From IMG/VR virus record IMGVR_UViG_3300045988_183078: DNA of 64,000 nt. One strand, given 5' to 3'. The number at the start of each line of letters is the position of its first letter. Positions within the stretch are counted from its first letter, which is position 1. Position numbers and translations under genes: made by a program. The DNA is from a virus. The notes beneath the pieces are model-generated. The model searched no databases. It was not told the origin of the DNA and saw nothing but the letters and a program-made list of their open reading frames with translations. Shown here piece after piece: positions 51,621 to 62,640 of the stretch.

Positions 51621-54329
51621 TCAGAATGTCACATTCAGCAAATCCTCGTCATCGCTGTTAGAGTCAGACCCACCTTTGGCGTTTTCAGCCGCCAGGCGCT
51701 CCTGCTCTTCTTTGTGCTGTTTCTCTTTGATGGCTTTCTCTTGCAGATAGAAGCTCTTTGCATCTGTCGTGATTTCCTGCTTTTCATAAGGTGCAGCAAC
51801 AAAGTCAACGAACAGCTTGGCAGAAGCGGCACAGACCAGACCTTGACCACGCTGCAAGTTGGAGACGTTTTCCATCTCCGCATCAGTCAACTGAATGGCA
51901 GACTGCAATGCCTGCGCTTCAGACGGGATAAGGTGCATGATGATTTTGGTGTCAGCGTTACCGATGATTGCCTTACCATACTTGCCGCCCTTATACTCAT
52001 AGAACTGAGAAATGTCCTGCGTCATAGCGAAAGCCGAGCCACCGTAAGCACGAATTGTACGGAAGATTTCCACAACGTCCTCTGCCGCCATCTCGTTTGA
52101 GTCGGTGCCAATCAGCTTCCAGCACTCGTCGATAAATACGGCCTTGCGCTTTGTACGGTCTTCTTTGATTTTGGTCCAGACGAAGTCCAGAACAACAAAC
52201 ATCGACATCGTAAGGATAGCGCCCTTCATGCCGTTGAAGTCAAATACAATGTATTTGGCTTTCAGGTCAACATTGGTAGGGCGATTATAACACGCCATTG
52301 AACCGGTAATCAGCGGGTTCAGGATGTTGCAGATACGATGAAGTTCAGGAACATTCTGCATCTCTTTCTGGAGGTCTTCCAGCAGAGGCATCTTTTTATA
52401 ACCGCCGTGTTCTTTATCGAGAATCGATTCGTTATCATTGGTGATGCCGAAGTCCTTATAGCATCTGTAAAGACTTGTATCAATAAGCTGTTCCTCTTCC
52501 TGTGTCATATCCTTAACGACCAAATGCAGGAAGGACTTGATGGTGTGAATCTTCTTGGTCAGCAGAGAACCAGTAGACTCGTAGTCGTCCAGCTCCTTGG
52601 CGTCCGCATCGTCCGGCACGCGGATATCCATGATGTTGATGCTATTGATGGAAGACGGGTCCATACTGATGAACTGGCCGTCAACCGCCTTGCATCCGCC
52701 GCCGTAGTCTTCCAAGCCTTTCAGCGGAGAGATAACGAACACTTGCGTATCCATTTCAGACAGACGCAATGCAAAAAGCTGTGCGGTGAAGGTCTTACCA
52801 TAACCGGAAGAACCAAGGATAACAGCGTTTGCGTTGGCGTGAACATCCGTGTCGAACATGTCGATAGTGACAAGGGAGTTGTTGGCGCGGTTTGTACCAA
52901 TCATAACGCCGTCAGGGTCCTGCATTTCAAAGGAAATGAAGGGATAGCAAGATGCCACACCAGAGGTCAGCACGTTGCGCTGTGCCCGGCGCTTGATGTC
53001 CTTATGGAGCTTACCCAGAGGCAGCAACGCAGACTCAAAGCACTCTTCCATCATAAAGTTTGCACGACGAATCTTCATTCCCTGGCCTTTGACGCGCTTT
53101 TCAAGGGAGTTATACTTGTATTCCAACTCGTCCAAGCTATCACCAACAATGGTGATGAGGATGCTCATATAATAAAATTCTTCGCCGCTGGACAAGCCTT
53201 TCAACATATATTCGCTGGAAGAAATTTTCTCCATACGAGCATGGTAGTCGGAGTCTGTATCATGGCTTTCCATAGCATTAGCGCGGCTCAAACGAAGCTG
53301 GGTACTGATTTTGTTGTAAACCGCTTCACGGGATTGATGCTCAAAGAACACATCCATATCTACGCCTTCGCCAGCGTTTACGAAAGTAGCAATCCAACCA
53401 GCGTACACCCGCTGATTATATCCAGTAGATGGAATGTAGGCAAAGGTGTAGAACTTGCCATCGATGACGATATAGTCATAGTGGGTGAAGTCAATCCAGT
53501 CAGGCGCAATCAGTTCCGTCGCGTTCAGAGAAGTTTTCACGCATTTCTTATCCGCTTCGGTATAGCGCTCAATGATGGGCGTGACGTGGTCGTGGAACGT
53601 AATAGTCTCACTCTTGCGGCGGTTCAGCATCTGATAAAACAGCTGATGAATACCGGCATCTTCATTACGGCTGCTGTCGCCCAGAGCCGGGATGAAGATA
53701 TTGCCGCACTGTTCCATGTGGGAGCGTACGTTAGCCGCCATTGCATTAAGGTCCGCAACCACCATATCAAAGTTAGAGCCGTCATTGCTGATGGTACGCT
53801 GAAACTCAATGATGATAAAGAAACGGCGCGTAATACCAACGGACAAAGCCGTCTTACGAAGCAGGCCGATGTAAGCTTTCAGCATCCGCTTGCGCTTGAT
53901 GTTTGTCTCTTCCCGATAATAGGAAGTGACTGTAGCAATCGTCTTCTCGACATCTGCTTTACGGGCAAAGGTCTTGAACTGGATGTTGACCGGAACAGCC
54001 TTGAAAGTCTGATAGAAGAGTGAGATGATGCGGTTCTGTGTCTCGGCATCCATGTAACCGAAGTTGATGGGCCGAAACTCAAGAATCTTCACATAACGGT
54101 GGTCTTTTGTAATAATGACACCGTTATAAATGTCTTGAACAGGGATAATGCGCTGTGTACTGCGGACGATTTGATAACGGTCCGCATTGGCCTGCATCTC
54201 TTTGTCGATACGCTTACGTTCGGCGTTGGCAATTTCTTCGCGTTCTTTCTTTGTCAGACGAACGCTCTCCAGGCTGTCACCGACAACGCCATTCGGAACA
54301 GCTTGCTGCTTATTTTTCTTTCTAAACAT
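51621..54329 (-). CDS. VirB4/TraE/ConE-family type IV secretion (conjugation) ATPase
   Basis: 902 aa. Walker A LGSSGYGKTF and Walker B VFIDECWKL in the C-terminal half. GAGGAG RBS. Typical size for Gram-positive VirB4 homologues. Confidence 0.85.
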   Translation of the reverse strand: MFRKKNKQQAVPNGVVGDSLESVRLTKKEREEIANAERKRIDKEMQANADRYQIVRSTQRIIPVQDIYNGVIITKDHRYVKILEFRPINFGYMDAETQNRIISLFYQTFKAVPVNIQFKTFARKADVEKTIATVTSYYREETNIKRKRMLKAYIGLLRKTALSVGITRRFFIIIEFQRTISNDGSNFDMVVADLNAMAANVRSHMEQCGNIFIPALGDSSRNEDAGIHQLFYQMLNRRKSETITFHDHVTPIIERYTEADKKCVKTSLNATELIAPDWIDFTHYDYIVIDGKFYTFAYIPSTGYNQRVYAGWIATFVNAGEGVDMDVFFEHQSREAVYNKISTQLRLSRANAMESHDTDSDYHARMEKISSSEYMLKGLSSGEEFYYMSILITIVGDSLDELEYKYNSLEKRVKGQGMKIRRANFMMEECFESALLPLGKLHKDIKRRAQRNVLTSGVASCYPFISFEMQDPDGVMIGTNRANNSLVTIDMFDTDVHANANAVILGSSGYGKTFTAQLFALRLSEMDTQVFVISPLKGLEDYGGGCKAVDGQFISMDPSSINSINIMDIRVPDDADAKELDDYESTGSLLTKKIHTIKSFLHLVVKDMTQEEEQLIDTSLYRCYKDFGITNDNESILDKEHGGYKKMPLLEDLQKEMQNVPELHRICNILNPLITGSMACYNRPTNVDLKAKYIVFDFNGMKGAILTMSMFVVLDFVWTKIKEDRTKRKAVFIDECWKLIGTDSNEMAAEDVVEIFRTIRAYGGSAFAMTQDISQFYEYKGGKYGKAIIGNADTKIIMHLIPSEAQALQSAIQLTDAEMENVSNLQRGQGLVCAASAKLFVDFVAAPYEKQEITTDAKSFYLQEKAIKEKQHKEEQERLAAENAKGGSDSNSDDEDLLNVTF

Positions 54330-54338
54330 ATCGCTTTG

Positions 54339-55469
54339 TTACTCCTCGTCGTCAAAGATAGAAAACGAATCTGCGGAGAAGTCTCCATTGTGGCTGTTAT
54401 AGATTTGAGGCTTGGCTTTCAGAGGGCGAACAACTGGCCCGACCTGGTTCTTCATGCGCTCATTCGTAATAATGCGCGGTACGAACGGACCATTGTGAGC
54501 TGTTGCTTCCTCATCAAAGCTGACGTCAATTTCTTCAGGCTCGGCGGAGGCCATGTCATCCAGCAGCGTCACATCGTCAAGACTCAAATCAGGAGTCTCG
54601 GTAACAGCTTCAACTTCATCCAGCACAACATCCATCGTCTGTTCTTCGGATTGAGTGGCGGTATAGTTGGGGTCAGTCTGTTGCTGCATCTGCTGCATAG
54701 CGACCAACTTAGCACGATACTGGGCGGCCTTAACACGTTCTGCCTTTTCAATACGACGCTTGATACGCTCCTGCACCATCTTCTCGTGTTCTTCTTCTTG
54801 ACGTTTCTTGGCTTCGGCCTCTTCCTTATGCTTTTGTTTCAAGGCGGCACGCGCAGCACGGCGCTGGTTGCGCGGCAAAGAATTGATATATGCCTTTTCT
54901 TCCTTTGCGCGTTGCTTTGCTTCTGCTTTGAGTTCTGCTTTCGTTTTGAGTTCATCAGGCTTTTCTACGAAGTCCTCATCGTCATCGTAGTAAATCTGCA
55001 AATCATCAGCAGTAATGTCTGCGCTAATTGGCCCATCACTTCCGCCAAGGACCTTCTTCTTGAAGTTCTCCCATGCTTCTTTCAGTTTTTCCTTCGGGAG
55101 CATACCGCTTTCTTTCAGTAGGTAGTCGGGCTCGAGCTCTGTTTTAATACGCGGATTGTACTTGGAAATTCTACGACTTTTGCGGAAATGAATTACATGA
55201 GCCAAGAACTCAAAGAAGCTGTCATCACCTACGCCGTGCGATACCGCTACGAATACTCCGGCACACACGATTGCGGCATAGGCTACGGTAGACTCCACAT
55301 CCCAGCCGAGTTGTGTCCACCCGTAAATAAAGATTCCAAGGAACGGAATCGCTACAACTACGCCTTCGATGAAGTTCTTGGTTTTGAACGCACCACCAAA
55401 AACGTAACCGGTATCAAACGAGTTCTTCGGAATCATGTAAACATTTGGCTGCTTTTCTTCTTTGTTCAT
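54339..55469 (-). CDS. VirB3/PrgI-like two-TM conjugation membrane protein with long charged coiled-coil C-terminal extension
   Basis: Two TM helices after a short N-terminus, immediately upstream of VirB4. K/E/A-rich C-terminus. GGGAGGG RBS. Confidence 0.55.
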   Translation of the reverse strand: MNKEEKQPNVYMIPKNSFDTGYVFGGAFKTKNFIEGVVVAIPFLGIFIYGWTQLGWDVESTVAYAAIVCAGVFVAVSHGVGDDSFFEFLAHVIHFRKSRRISKYNPRIKTELEPDYLLKESGMLPKEKLKEAWENFKKKVLGGSDGPISADITADDLQIYYDDDEDFVEKPDELKTKAELKAEAKQRAKEEKAYINSLPRNQRRAARAALKQKHKEEAEAKKRQEEEHEKMVQERIKRRIEKAERVKAAQYRAKLVAMQQMQQQTDPNYTATQSEEQTMDVVLDEVEAVTETPDLSLDDVTLLDDMASAEPEEIDVSFDEEATAHNGPFVPRIITNERMKNQVGPVVRPLKAKPQIYNSHNGDFSADSFSIFDDEE

Positions 55470-55816
55470 TACTGGTTGCCCTCCCCTTCCGGGATGATTG
55501 CAAGCATCACAGTGCAGCACTGGCGGAAGAGACTTACAGCAAGCTCTTTGTTTTTATCCAACTCAGACAAAAGCAGCGCAGATTCTTTTACGCTTGCAAC
55601 AACGCCATTTCCACTTACATCCAATGACACAAAGGCTTTGTTCTCCCTGCATGACGTTTCAATGACAGACATATCCACATCATTCAATTCGAGAAAAGCA
55701 GAGACAGTCAGCTCCACCGCATTGTTTCGTACAGTACAGGAAACGAACACGTCTCTGCTTTCAAGCTGCGAAAAGAACAGTCCCGAACGAACGCCGTGAT
55801 TTTGACACACAAACAT
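55469..55816 (-). CDS. hypothetical protein (115 aa)
   Basis: ORF whose end overlaps the downstream start. Confidence 0.4.
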   Translation of the reverse strand: MFVCQNHGVRSGLFFSQLESRDVFVSCTVRNNAVELTVSAFLELNDVDMSVIETSCRENKAFVSLDVSGNGVVASVKESALLLSELDKNKELAVSLFRQCCTVMLAIIPEGEGNQ

Positions 55817-55955
55817 TCACCCCAATCACATAAAATCTGTATTCTGATACCATCGGCCTGCGGTTATGCAGTTGCTCACCATGCGCCACGAGAAGGCAGG
55901 TATCTTGCATGGCAACCGGCTGTCCACCGGGAAAGCAGCAGACAGTCGGCATGGA

Positions 55956-57116
55956 TTAGACCTTGTGGCAAGCGCCCCAGACGTAGTTGCGCTTATCGTC
56001 GTAGCCGTAGACCAGCAGCGTAACACGGTCGCCACGAGTCAACAACTCGTCAGAAGAAGTCAAGGCAACGCGGGCCTGGATGTTGCCGACATCCACGATG
56101 AGGCGGTAGAAGCGCTCATTGACAGACGTGACAGTTGCGCCATAAGCACCACCACGCGCCAGGCTGTGGATGTTCATGGCGGGATTTGCACGACGCTCCA
56201 GGATGGCGCGGTTCATGCGCAGGCTCACAGTGCCATTCTCGGCATCTACGTTCAGGTCTTCGATGACCACAGGAATGCCTTCGCCAACATGGAACTTGTC
56301 GGCCACGTTGTCAATGTACTCATAGGCAGACAGAGCAGCAGCACCGATGCTGGTCTCTACGCCCAGGGCCTCAGCAATGACGTAGTCGGGACCGGTAGAC
56401 AGGATAGATGCTGCGGCGCGGGTGCCTTCCTTGACATCGGCGTTGCGGCCGAAGAAGTGACGATTGCGCTGGAGCTGCATAGCGTCCTGGCGGGAGCCCG
56501 CGAAGACGACCTCGCCATCTTCAGACTCGGCTTCCAGATAGGGGCAGAAGTTGATGATAGCGCCGTTCATCAATTTGGCTTTGCGCAGGAAACGGCGCTG
56601 ACGAGTGGCTTCATCATCGTTCTCGATGCCCTTCATCTGAGAGAAATGGAAGAAGTCTTCGGCCTGAATCATCACGCGCAGCGTACCACGGGTAACTTCA
56701 ACGACCGCGCTGCCGTTACCGACAGGACGGACACCGAAAACCTTGCCCTGCAGGAAGCGGCGGGGGCTGCGCTTGTTGTCAGCCACACAGCGGCGCATCT
56801 CTGCGAGGTCACGGGCGCGGCGGTCTTCAGGCATATCGACTTTCAGCATATCGTTGCCATCGTCAACGAAGGCACCAATCTGCAAATCGTCGTCATTGAA
56901 GCGGCGAGAAGCACGGGGAGCTTCAGGGACATCGTCCTCGTCCTCTACGTCGTCAGCCGGGGCGGGAACGGCCTCGACAGGGTCTTTTTCCTCAGCAGGC
57001 TCGGCGGCAGGAGCAACGCTCTGAGCGTTTTCCATAGCCTCCTCCGCAGGGGCAATAGGGGTGGTCACCTCGTCGGTCTCGACGGTGGTGGGGTTCAGCA
57101 TTTCGTTCTCGTTCAT
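55956..57116 (-). CDS. hypothetical protein with acidic N-terminal region and two S1/OB-like repeats
   Basis: AAAGGAGACC RBS at MNENEM. Repeats GKVFGVRPVGNGSAVVEV and GDRVTLLVYGYDD are loosely S1-like. Speculative. Confidence 0.45.
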   Translation of the reverse strand: MNENEMLNPTTVETDEVTTPIAPAEEAMENAQSVAPAAEPAEEKDPVEAVPAPADDVEDEDDVPEAPRASRRFNDDDLQIGAFVDDGNDMLKVDMPEDRRARDLAEMRRCVADNKRSPRRFLQGKVFGVRPVGNGSAVVEVTRGTLRVMIQAEDFFHFSQMKGIENDDEATRQRRFLRKAKLMNGAIINFCPYLEAESEDGEVVFAGSRQDAMQLQRNRHFFGRNADVKEGTRAAASILSTGPDYVIAEALGVETSIGAAALSAYEYIDNVADKFHVGEGIPVVIEDLNVDAENGTVSLRMNRAILERRANPAMNIHSLARGGAYGATVTSVNERFYRLIVDVGNIQARVALTSSDELLTRGDRVTLLVYGYDDKRNYVWGACHKV

Positions 57117-57246
57117 GGTATTGGTCTCCTTTGTAGGGATGTAGTATGTTATCGACATTCGCTGCCCGATAGCAGGATACGGGCACTAACCACTACGCGC
57201 CGCGCGGAGGCTGTCGATGTGCGTAGTTCCCGACTCATTGCTGAAT

Positions 57247-57287
57247 CGGGGAAAAGAAAAATCCCGGCCTATCACAAGACCGGGATT
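57247..57287 (-). terminator. intrinsic terminator (ATCCCGG...CCGGGAT plus TTTTTCTTTTCCCC) after the coupling-protein gene
   Basis: Seen on the minus strand. Confidence 0.6.
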
Positions 57288-57298
57288 AGAGTTAATAC

Positions 57299-59470
57299 TT
57301 ATTTCTTTTTGGACTTATCTGCGAAAGCGTTCTTCTTGGAAGGAACTTTATCATTCCCGATAAGGTCGCTCTTTCTCATACGAGGATTCATACGCTCTTC
57401 CGAACGTCTCTGCGCAATTTCGGTGTTGACTTCTTTCTGACGCTGGATGTCGCCTACCAGTGACTCCAGAGCATCATGCTTACGAGCGTCAGGATAAAGG
57501 TCAACTGTCTTGGGCAGTTCAGACCAGCGAGTCGGAACAAAGTGCGGGTCGGAGAACAGCGGATGATGGATAAAGCCAAAGCGCTTAGCTTTCAGCAGGT
57601 TCTGACCATTGGTCATAATCAGAATTTCTTCTTTACCAAGGTGCTGAACTTCATCAGGGTTCATCAGGTTGCGTTTACCATCACCTTCGCTGAGAGAATA
57701 CCCCTGCATAGCGCCACGATAACCAACGGAGTTTGCTCTGGAATCGCTCACGCTCTTGGCACGAATCGTAACGATGCCGCTCTTGTCGGAGATGTACTCG
57801 GCCGTGTACTTATCGTTGCAACCAAGCACCAGCATGGTGTTGCAGCAGCCAATGATGGTTTCGGCGTTTTCCTCGCCATACAACTGCGTCAACTGCGGCA
57901 AGCTCTGCAAGATAAGAGAGACCGCAATCTTACGAGAACGAGCGGTAGCAATCGTCTTCTCAAAGTTGGGCCAGACGCCTGTATTTGCCAGCTCGTCCGC
58001 AATGACGTTTACAGGGATACGACCATCTCCGCCCACTGCATCGAACGCTTCCTTCAGGTCCTTAAACAGGAAGCTCAGAAGCAGAGACGAAAGCAGCTGC
58101 ATGGATGCGTTATCGTCCGAGATAATCAGGAACAATGCGGTCTTTTCAGCACCAATGTCTGCCAGACGGATGTCATCGTTACTGATAACACGACGAACCT
58201 TAAAGGTCATAAACAGCTGCAAGCGGGTATTCAGACCACCGACAATGTTAGGCTGTACACGCTCGCCCATGCCTTTGAATACGGCCCAGGCGGATGCGGC
58301 GGGGTGGTTCATGGGCACGCTCTTGAAGTTCTCTTCCCAGGAGTTCAGGTCGTTGTGCATCAGAGCGTTGTAGATGTCGGAAATGTTGCTGGTCGGTGCA
58401 TCTTCCTCCCAAGCCAGCAGCTTCTTCTCTCCCTCTTCCTCGCCATAGAGATTCTTAGCAAGGTACTCGACAACACGGCGACGGTCCACCATCGCAGATT
58501 CGGGATTTGTAACAGCTTCGACAAGTGCCTTGCCATCTTCTTCCGAAATGAACGGCAGCTGCGTGAGAAGTTCTTTGGTGCGGCGCTCATAGATTTTGAT
58601 AAGAGTTGTCTCGCGCATATAGGCGCAGTAGGAAACCGCGACGCGGAACAGGTTTTCTTCCGAACTCTCCCAGAACGGGTCGCCCTTGCTGTTCGCGCCA
58701 CCGCCTGTATTGGCGATAACGGTTTTACAGAACGCAATGACACGCTGGTCATCAATGTTGCCCGTAATGGGGTCATAGATTTCCTGTACGCAGTCCCAGG
58801 CATTGGAAAGGTCAAGGTTGATGAGGTTGAATACCTTTACCTTATAGCCGTTTGCTTCGAGCAATTTGCGCATATCATTGTGGATTTCGCCTTTGGGGTC
58901 TGTAACGACTACCGACTCACCACGAACGATAGACTGGAATACAGCAGTACGAACATAGCCAAAAGACTTGCCAGAGCCCGGAGGTCCGATAAGGATAAGG
59001 TTGCGGTTGCCAGTCGGTTCATACGGCAAAGCAATGACTTCTTCGCCATCGGTCGTAAACTGACCAAGAATTGTACCCGTCACATCTTCAACAGGGCCAA
59101 CCTCATAAACCTTTTTGGCTTCGTCCTCTGACATCCACTCTGCTGTTCCGTAAGTACCAGCATTGGAGGTAATCATGCCACGGTCATCGACTTCTTTGGC
59201 AGAATTAAGGTCTGTGTTTTTTCGAGAAAGCAGTACGATAACAACCGTAATAGCAGCGGCGAAAATCAGAGTCGAAATAATGCCATAGCCTGTTGTGATG
59301 CTAAGCACCAGTTTACGGAAAAATCCCGCATCCCATTCTCCGGCAAATACCGCCGCAATGAATCCCGCCGGGATAAGAGAAACAACAAACGAGCAGCAGA
59401 ACAAGATGACCAGTTTCTCCTCTTTAGAAAGAAGAGAGAACTTCACCTTCAGTTCGTTCCATTTGGTCAC
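57299..59470 (-). CDS. VirD4/TraG/TraD-family type IV coupling protein
   Basis: 723 aa. N-terminal TM segments. Walker A LILIGPPGSGKSFGYV. GTG start with AGGTGA RBS. Confidence 0.85.
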   Translation of the reverse strand: MTKWNELKVKFSLLSKEEKLVILFCCSFVVSLIPAGFIAAVFAGEWDAGFFRKLVLSITTGYGIISTLIFAAAITVVIVLLSRKNTDLNSAKEVDDRGMITSNAGTYGTAEWMSEDEAKKVYEVGPVEDVTGTILGQFTTDGEEVIALPYEPTGNRNLILIGPPGSGKSFGYVRTAVFQSIVRGESVVVTDPKGEIHNDMRKLLEANGYKVKVFNLINLDLSNAWDCVQEIYDPITGNIDDQRVIAFCKTVIANTGGGANSKGDPFWESSEENLFRVAVSYCAYMRETTLIKIYERRTKELLTQLPFISEEDGKALVEAVTNPESAMVDRRRVVEYLAKNLYGEEEGEKKLLAWEEDAPTSNISDIYNALMHNDLNSWEENFKSVPMNHPAASAWAVFKGMGERVQPNIVGGLNTRLQLFMTFKVRRVISNDDIRLADIGAEKTALFLIISDDNASMQLLSSLLLSFLFKDLKEAFDAVGGDGRIPVNVIADELANTGVWPNFEKTIATARSRKIAVSLILQSLPQLTQLYGEENAETIIGCCNTMLVLGCNDKYTAEYISDKSGIVTIRAKSVSDSRANSVGYRGAMQGYSLSEGDGKRNLMNPDEVQHLGKEEILIMTNGQNLLKAKRFGFIHHPLFSDPHFVPTRWSELPKTVDLYPDARKHDALESLVGDIQRQKEVNTEIAQRRSEERMNPRMRKSDLIGNDKVPSKKNAFADKSKKK

Positions 59471-60804
59471 GATGCGCTCACCTCACTTTCTGAATCAGAT
59501 TCCGTACTATCGACATCAGGTAAATCGTTCAAATCAATTTCGATTTCTTCGACATCCTGCTCCTGAAGCAGAATGTTTTCTTCTTTCGTGTCGTCGAGAG
59601 AATCAGTAACTACGCTCAGGACATTGTCGCCATACCAGAAATCCCAGCCAAGGATACGGGCAATGTCTTCGACAGGCATCACAACATCACTGGTGGTAGC
59701 GAGCGAGAACGTATCAGTCCAAATCTCAGGCGGTTTTTTGCTGGTAAACACAAAGGTGTTGTTTGTATTGTCAATCTGGTAATACTCACTGGCGTTATGG
59801 AGAATGCCTTTGACTGGGATATAGATGCGCTCCCCGTAGGTGATTGGCACAATGAGCAGATGCTCTACATCGTCATATTCTGTGTTTGAATCGTATGCTT
59901 CTGCCAGCGCACGAAGAGAAACACACAGGCGGCCGTCGCTGTTGATGGTGTAATTGAGCTTCGGAATGAGAGAACCGTTCAAAATGACGCTCTTGATTGG
60001 CGCATCCATTTCACCTGTCAAGATAGCCTGACCGTTTTTACGGTTTTTGAGAGCCTGTTCGTACTCCTCTTTCGAATGGTAAACGTAAAGGCGCTCGCAT
60101 GTTCCCTCTTTGCGAAGCTGCGAGAAATCAGAAGGATACTGGATTTCGTCGCTGTAGTTGTCAAGGTCAAATACTTCCTCGCCGGAAACAATGCACTTCT
60201 GGTCCGTATCAGAAAGCGTAGACGAAGTGGTTGCTCTATTACTATCAGTGGCATCTTCAACATAGTTGCCGTTTTCGTCGATGTAGCCGGAACTTGTATC
60301 GGTTGATGTCGTAGTATCGGTGATAATTTCTTCTGTACTGGAGGAGTCATCTGCCGTAGTTTCAGGCATCTCACCAACGCCTAAGCCTGTCTTACGCACA
60401 TAGACTGTATGACCAGAGAAGATTTTCAGACCCGCTCCGTTTGCATCCGTATACGGAACAAGGTTCTTGGCGGCAACGGTTTCCGCCTTAACCTGATAGC
60501 GGTAAGTACCATCCAGGTTCTTTTCTTCCATATAGCCGTTCGATGCGCAGTTGTTCGGCTCGGCAGGTTCAATTTTCGTAAGAACCAGCTTTCCATTTTG
60601 GATTTTGTTGCCACCTGATGTGTCAACGTCGCCATAAATGTTCGGATTTGCCGACGGTTCAGGGGTACTCTCAATGGCCGGTGTCGGGATAGGCGTAGTA
60701 TCCGACACGCTACCATCATCTTTCTTTCTACATCCCGCAAGGCTTGTACACAGCGTTGCTGCTGTAAGCCCTACCGCGAGTGCCCTTTTCAAGAAACATT
60801 TCAT
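59467..60804 (-). CDS. secreted lipoprotein (445 aa), Ser/Thr/Asp-rich; putative T4SS surface/channel component
   Basis: Signal peptide with lipobox LAGC. Co-transcribed with the coupling protein. Confidence 0.6.
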   Translation of the reverse strand: MKCFLKRALAVGLTAATLCTSLAGCRKKDDGSVSDTTPIPTPAIESTPEPSANPNIYGDVDTSGGNKIQNGKLVLTKIEPAEPNNCASNGYMEEKNLDGTYRYQVKAETVAAKNLVPYTDANGAGLKIFSGHTVYVRKTGLGVGEMPETTADDSSSTEEIITDTTTSTDTSSGYIDENGNYVEDATDSNRATTSSTLSDTDQKCIVSGEEVFDLDNYSDEIQYPSDFSQLRKEGTCERLYVYHSKEEYEQALKNRKNGQAILTGEMDAPIKSVILNGSLIPKLNYTINSDGRLCVSLRALAEAYDSNTEYDDVEHLLIVPITYGERIYIPVKGILHNASEYYQIDNTNNTFVFTSKKPPEIWTDTFSLATTSDVVMPVEDIARILGWDFWYGDNVLSVVTDSLDDTKEENILLQEQDVEEIEIDLNDLPDVDSTESDSESEVSAS

Positions 60805-60852
60805 ACACTAAAAATCCCCACTCGATGCGAGTGGGGCTCCTTTCGTTGCAGT

Positions 60853-62640
60853 TTAATTGCCGAGATAAGATTCCGGGTCTACTTGCTCAAAGCCAATATA
60901 CTGTTCAAGATGCAGATGCTCGCCAGTACCGCCATGAGAACTAACACAGTAGCCACTCCATCCGGTCCGTCCGATAACTGCACCAGCTGGGATTGTATCT
61001 CCGACGTGCCATGTGATACCAGGCGTCAGATGTTGATACAAAACAAATACACCTTTTTGTCCTCCGACACTTCCCTGTTCGCCATAGTAGACAAACACGA
61101 AATTGCCACGAGAAGCTTGACCGCTCGTTTGAAGGGCACCATTTGCATAACCATCTTGAATGCCAACGATAATGCCTTGGGATGGTGCAATCAAAGAGTA
61201 TTGTACTGACGGAACCAGAATGTCGGTGCCGTTATGGGCAACACCATTGCGAATCTGACCAAGAGGAGAGTTGACGCGGGATTTCCAGCCGGACCAAGGA
61301 CCGCCAACCGGAGAAGGTGCAACGAACAACGAATCTGCGGAATGGGTCGCGTAGAACTGTTGAATCAGTGTGCGGATTGCAGGACTGGTCACGACCGTTC
61401 CGGTTGCACCGTTTTCAGGATAGTTTTCATCAATTACCAAATCGGAGTTGTAATCGAATTCGGCTTCACGAGCATGATAAAGTTCACGCAGCTGAGCAAC
61501 CTGTTCGTCAAACAGCTCTTTATCCGAAATATCTTTATCATCGGACTTGTCGTTAGTAATTCCAAAGCGGTCAAGAATGTACTGCTTGGCACCTTCTTTA
61601 GGCGAATACTTGTACGATACCGTGATGTTCGCTGCCGTATACTCTTCGGGTACTGTTTCTGAATATGGCTCTTTGATGATTGTAGTACGAGGATTTCCCT
61701 TGGCATCATATAACTGATTTCCGTTTTCATCGGTAACAGGGACTTCCTTATCGCGAGTACCACTGCGAGTGACCATTCTAGTTTTCTTTTCTGTCGTATA
61801 AGTGGATTTCAGCGTGACTTTCCAAAGATTGGACTTTTCCAATCCTTTGGCGGCATCAATCATTTCCTTTACACGGAAGTGAATGCCTTCTTCGTTTCTT
61901 GCGGTATAGCTGTCACCGGCAATGATGTAGAATGTCCAGTTCAGGTAGTTTTTGCCTTCGTAGATTTCAGGGTCAACACTGTACGTTACATCGCTTGACG
62001 CAATACCTTCATTTGTTGCTCGCTGTTGCAGTTGCTCCAAACGGTTATTTGCAGCCACACGAGCCTTAGCGTCAAAAGCCTCATACTCGTCTCTGAAATA
62101 GTTATTTAGAACAGCAACAATCACATTTGATGTGCCAATGTAACCGGTAAAGACATCGTCGTTTGCAATCGCCAAGTCATCCTTGTAGGCTTCCATCTTC
62201 GTGCCGCTTTTACCAGTGGTGATAAGCGTCAAGAAGTCATCAATTGAATTGCTCAAACGTGCCTTATAGTCTTCCCAGCCCAGAACGACACTGTCAACAG
62301 ACTGCCCGATAGCCGACTGCGTGGCCTCTGCAATATTACCAGGCAATGCCAGAACAAAAACTGCACATCCGACGATAGCCATAAGCGGAATCGACAAAAT
62401 GACGATGCCAACAAGCAAGACCTTCAAGGCTGTCATCGGGTTTTCAATAGCAGTCTTCGCAGCTCCGGCAACATTACCAGAGGCAAGCTGTCCAGCAGCT
62501 TTTGCAACTGCTTTGGCATCTTTCTTGCCTTGTTGATACGCCTTGTATCCTGTGGAAGCCGCACTCATTGCTTTTTTTGCATCATTTACAGCTTCATTGC
62601 CCAAGTTGTCAGTGCTATTACCGCTTCCAAATCCTGCCAT
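60853..62640 (-). CDS. membrane-anchored cell-wall hydrolase with C-terminal M23 (LytM) peptidase domain
   Basis: TM helix. C-terminal AHNGTDI ... GRTGWSGYCVSSHGGTGEHLHLE matches M23 HxxxD...HxH. The start may be 62736 (track) or the internal Met at 62640. Confidence 0.7.
   Translation of the reverse strand: MAGFGSGNSTDNLGNEAVNDAKKAMSAASTGYKAYQQGKKDAKAVAKAAGQLASGNVAGAAKTAIENPMTALKVLLVGIVILSIPLMAIVGCAVFVLALPGNIAEATQSAIGQSVDSVVLGWEDYKARLSNSIDDFLTLITTGKSGTKMEAYKDDLAIANDDVFTGYIGTSNVIVAVLNNYFRDEYEAFDAKARVAANNRLEQLQQRATNEGIASSDVTYSVDPEIYEGKNYLNWTFYIIAGDSYTARNEEGIHFRVKEMIDAAKGLEKSNLWKVTLKSTYTTEKKTRMVTRSGTRDKEVPVTDENGNQLYDAKGNPRTTIIKEPYSETVPEEYTAANITVSYKYSPKEGAKQYILDRFGITNDKSDDKDISDKELFDEQVAQLRELYHAREAEFDYNSDLVIDENYPENGATGTVVTSPAIRTLIQQFYATHSADSLFVAPSPVGGPWSGWKSRVNSPLGQIRNGVAHNGTDILVPSVQYSLIAPSQGIIVGIQDGYANGALQTSGQASRGNFVFVYYGEQGSVGGQKGVFVLYQHLTPGITWHVGDTIPAGAVIGRTGWSGYCVSSHGGTGEHLHLEQYIGFEQVDPESYLGN

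Noticed and set aside
52338-59131. Long plus-strand ORFs (561, 524, 551 aa) across the T4SS genes
   Set aside because: Antisense shadows of the VirB4, 55956-57116 and VirD4 genes. The minus-strand products carry Walker motifs.
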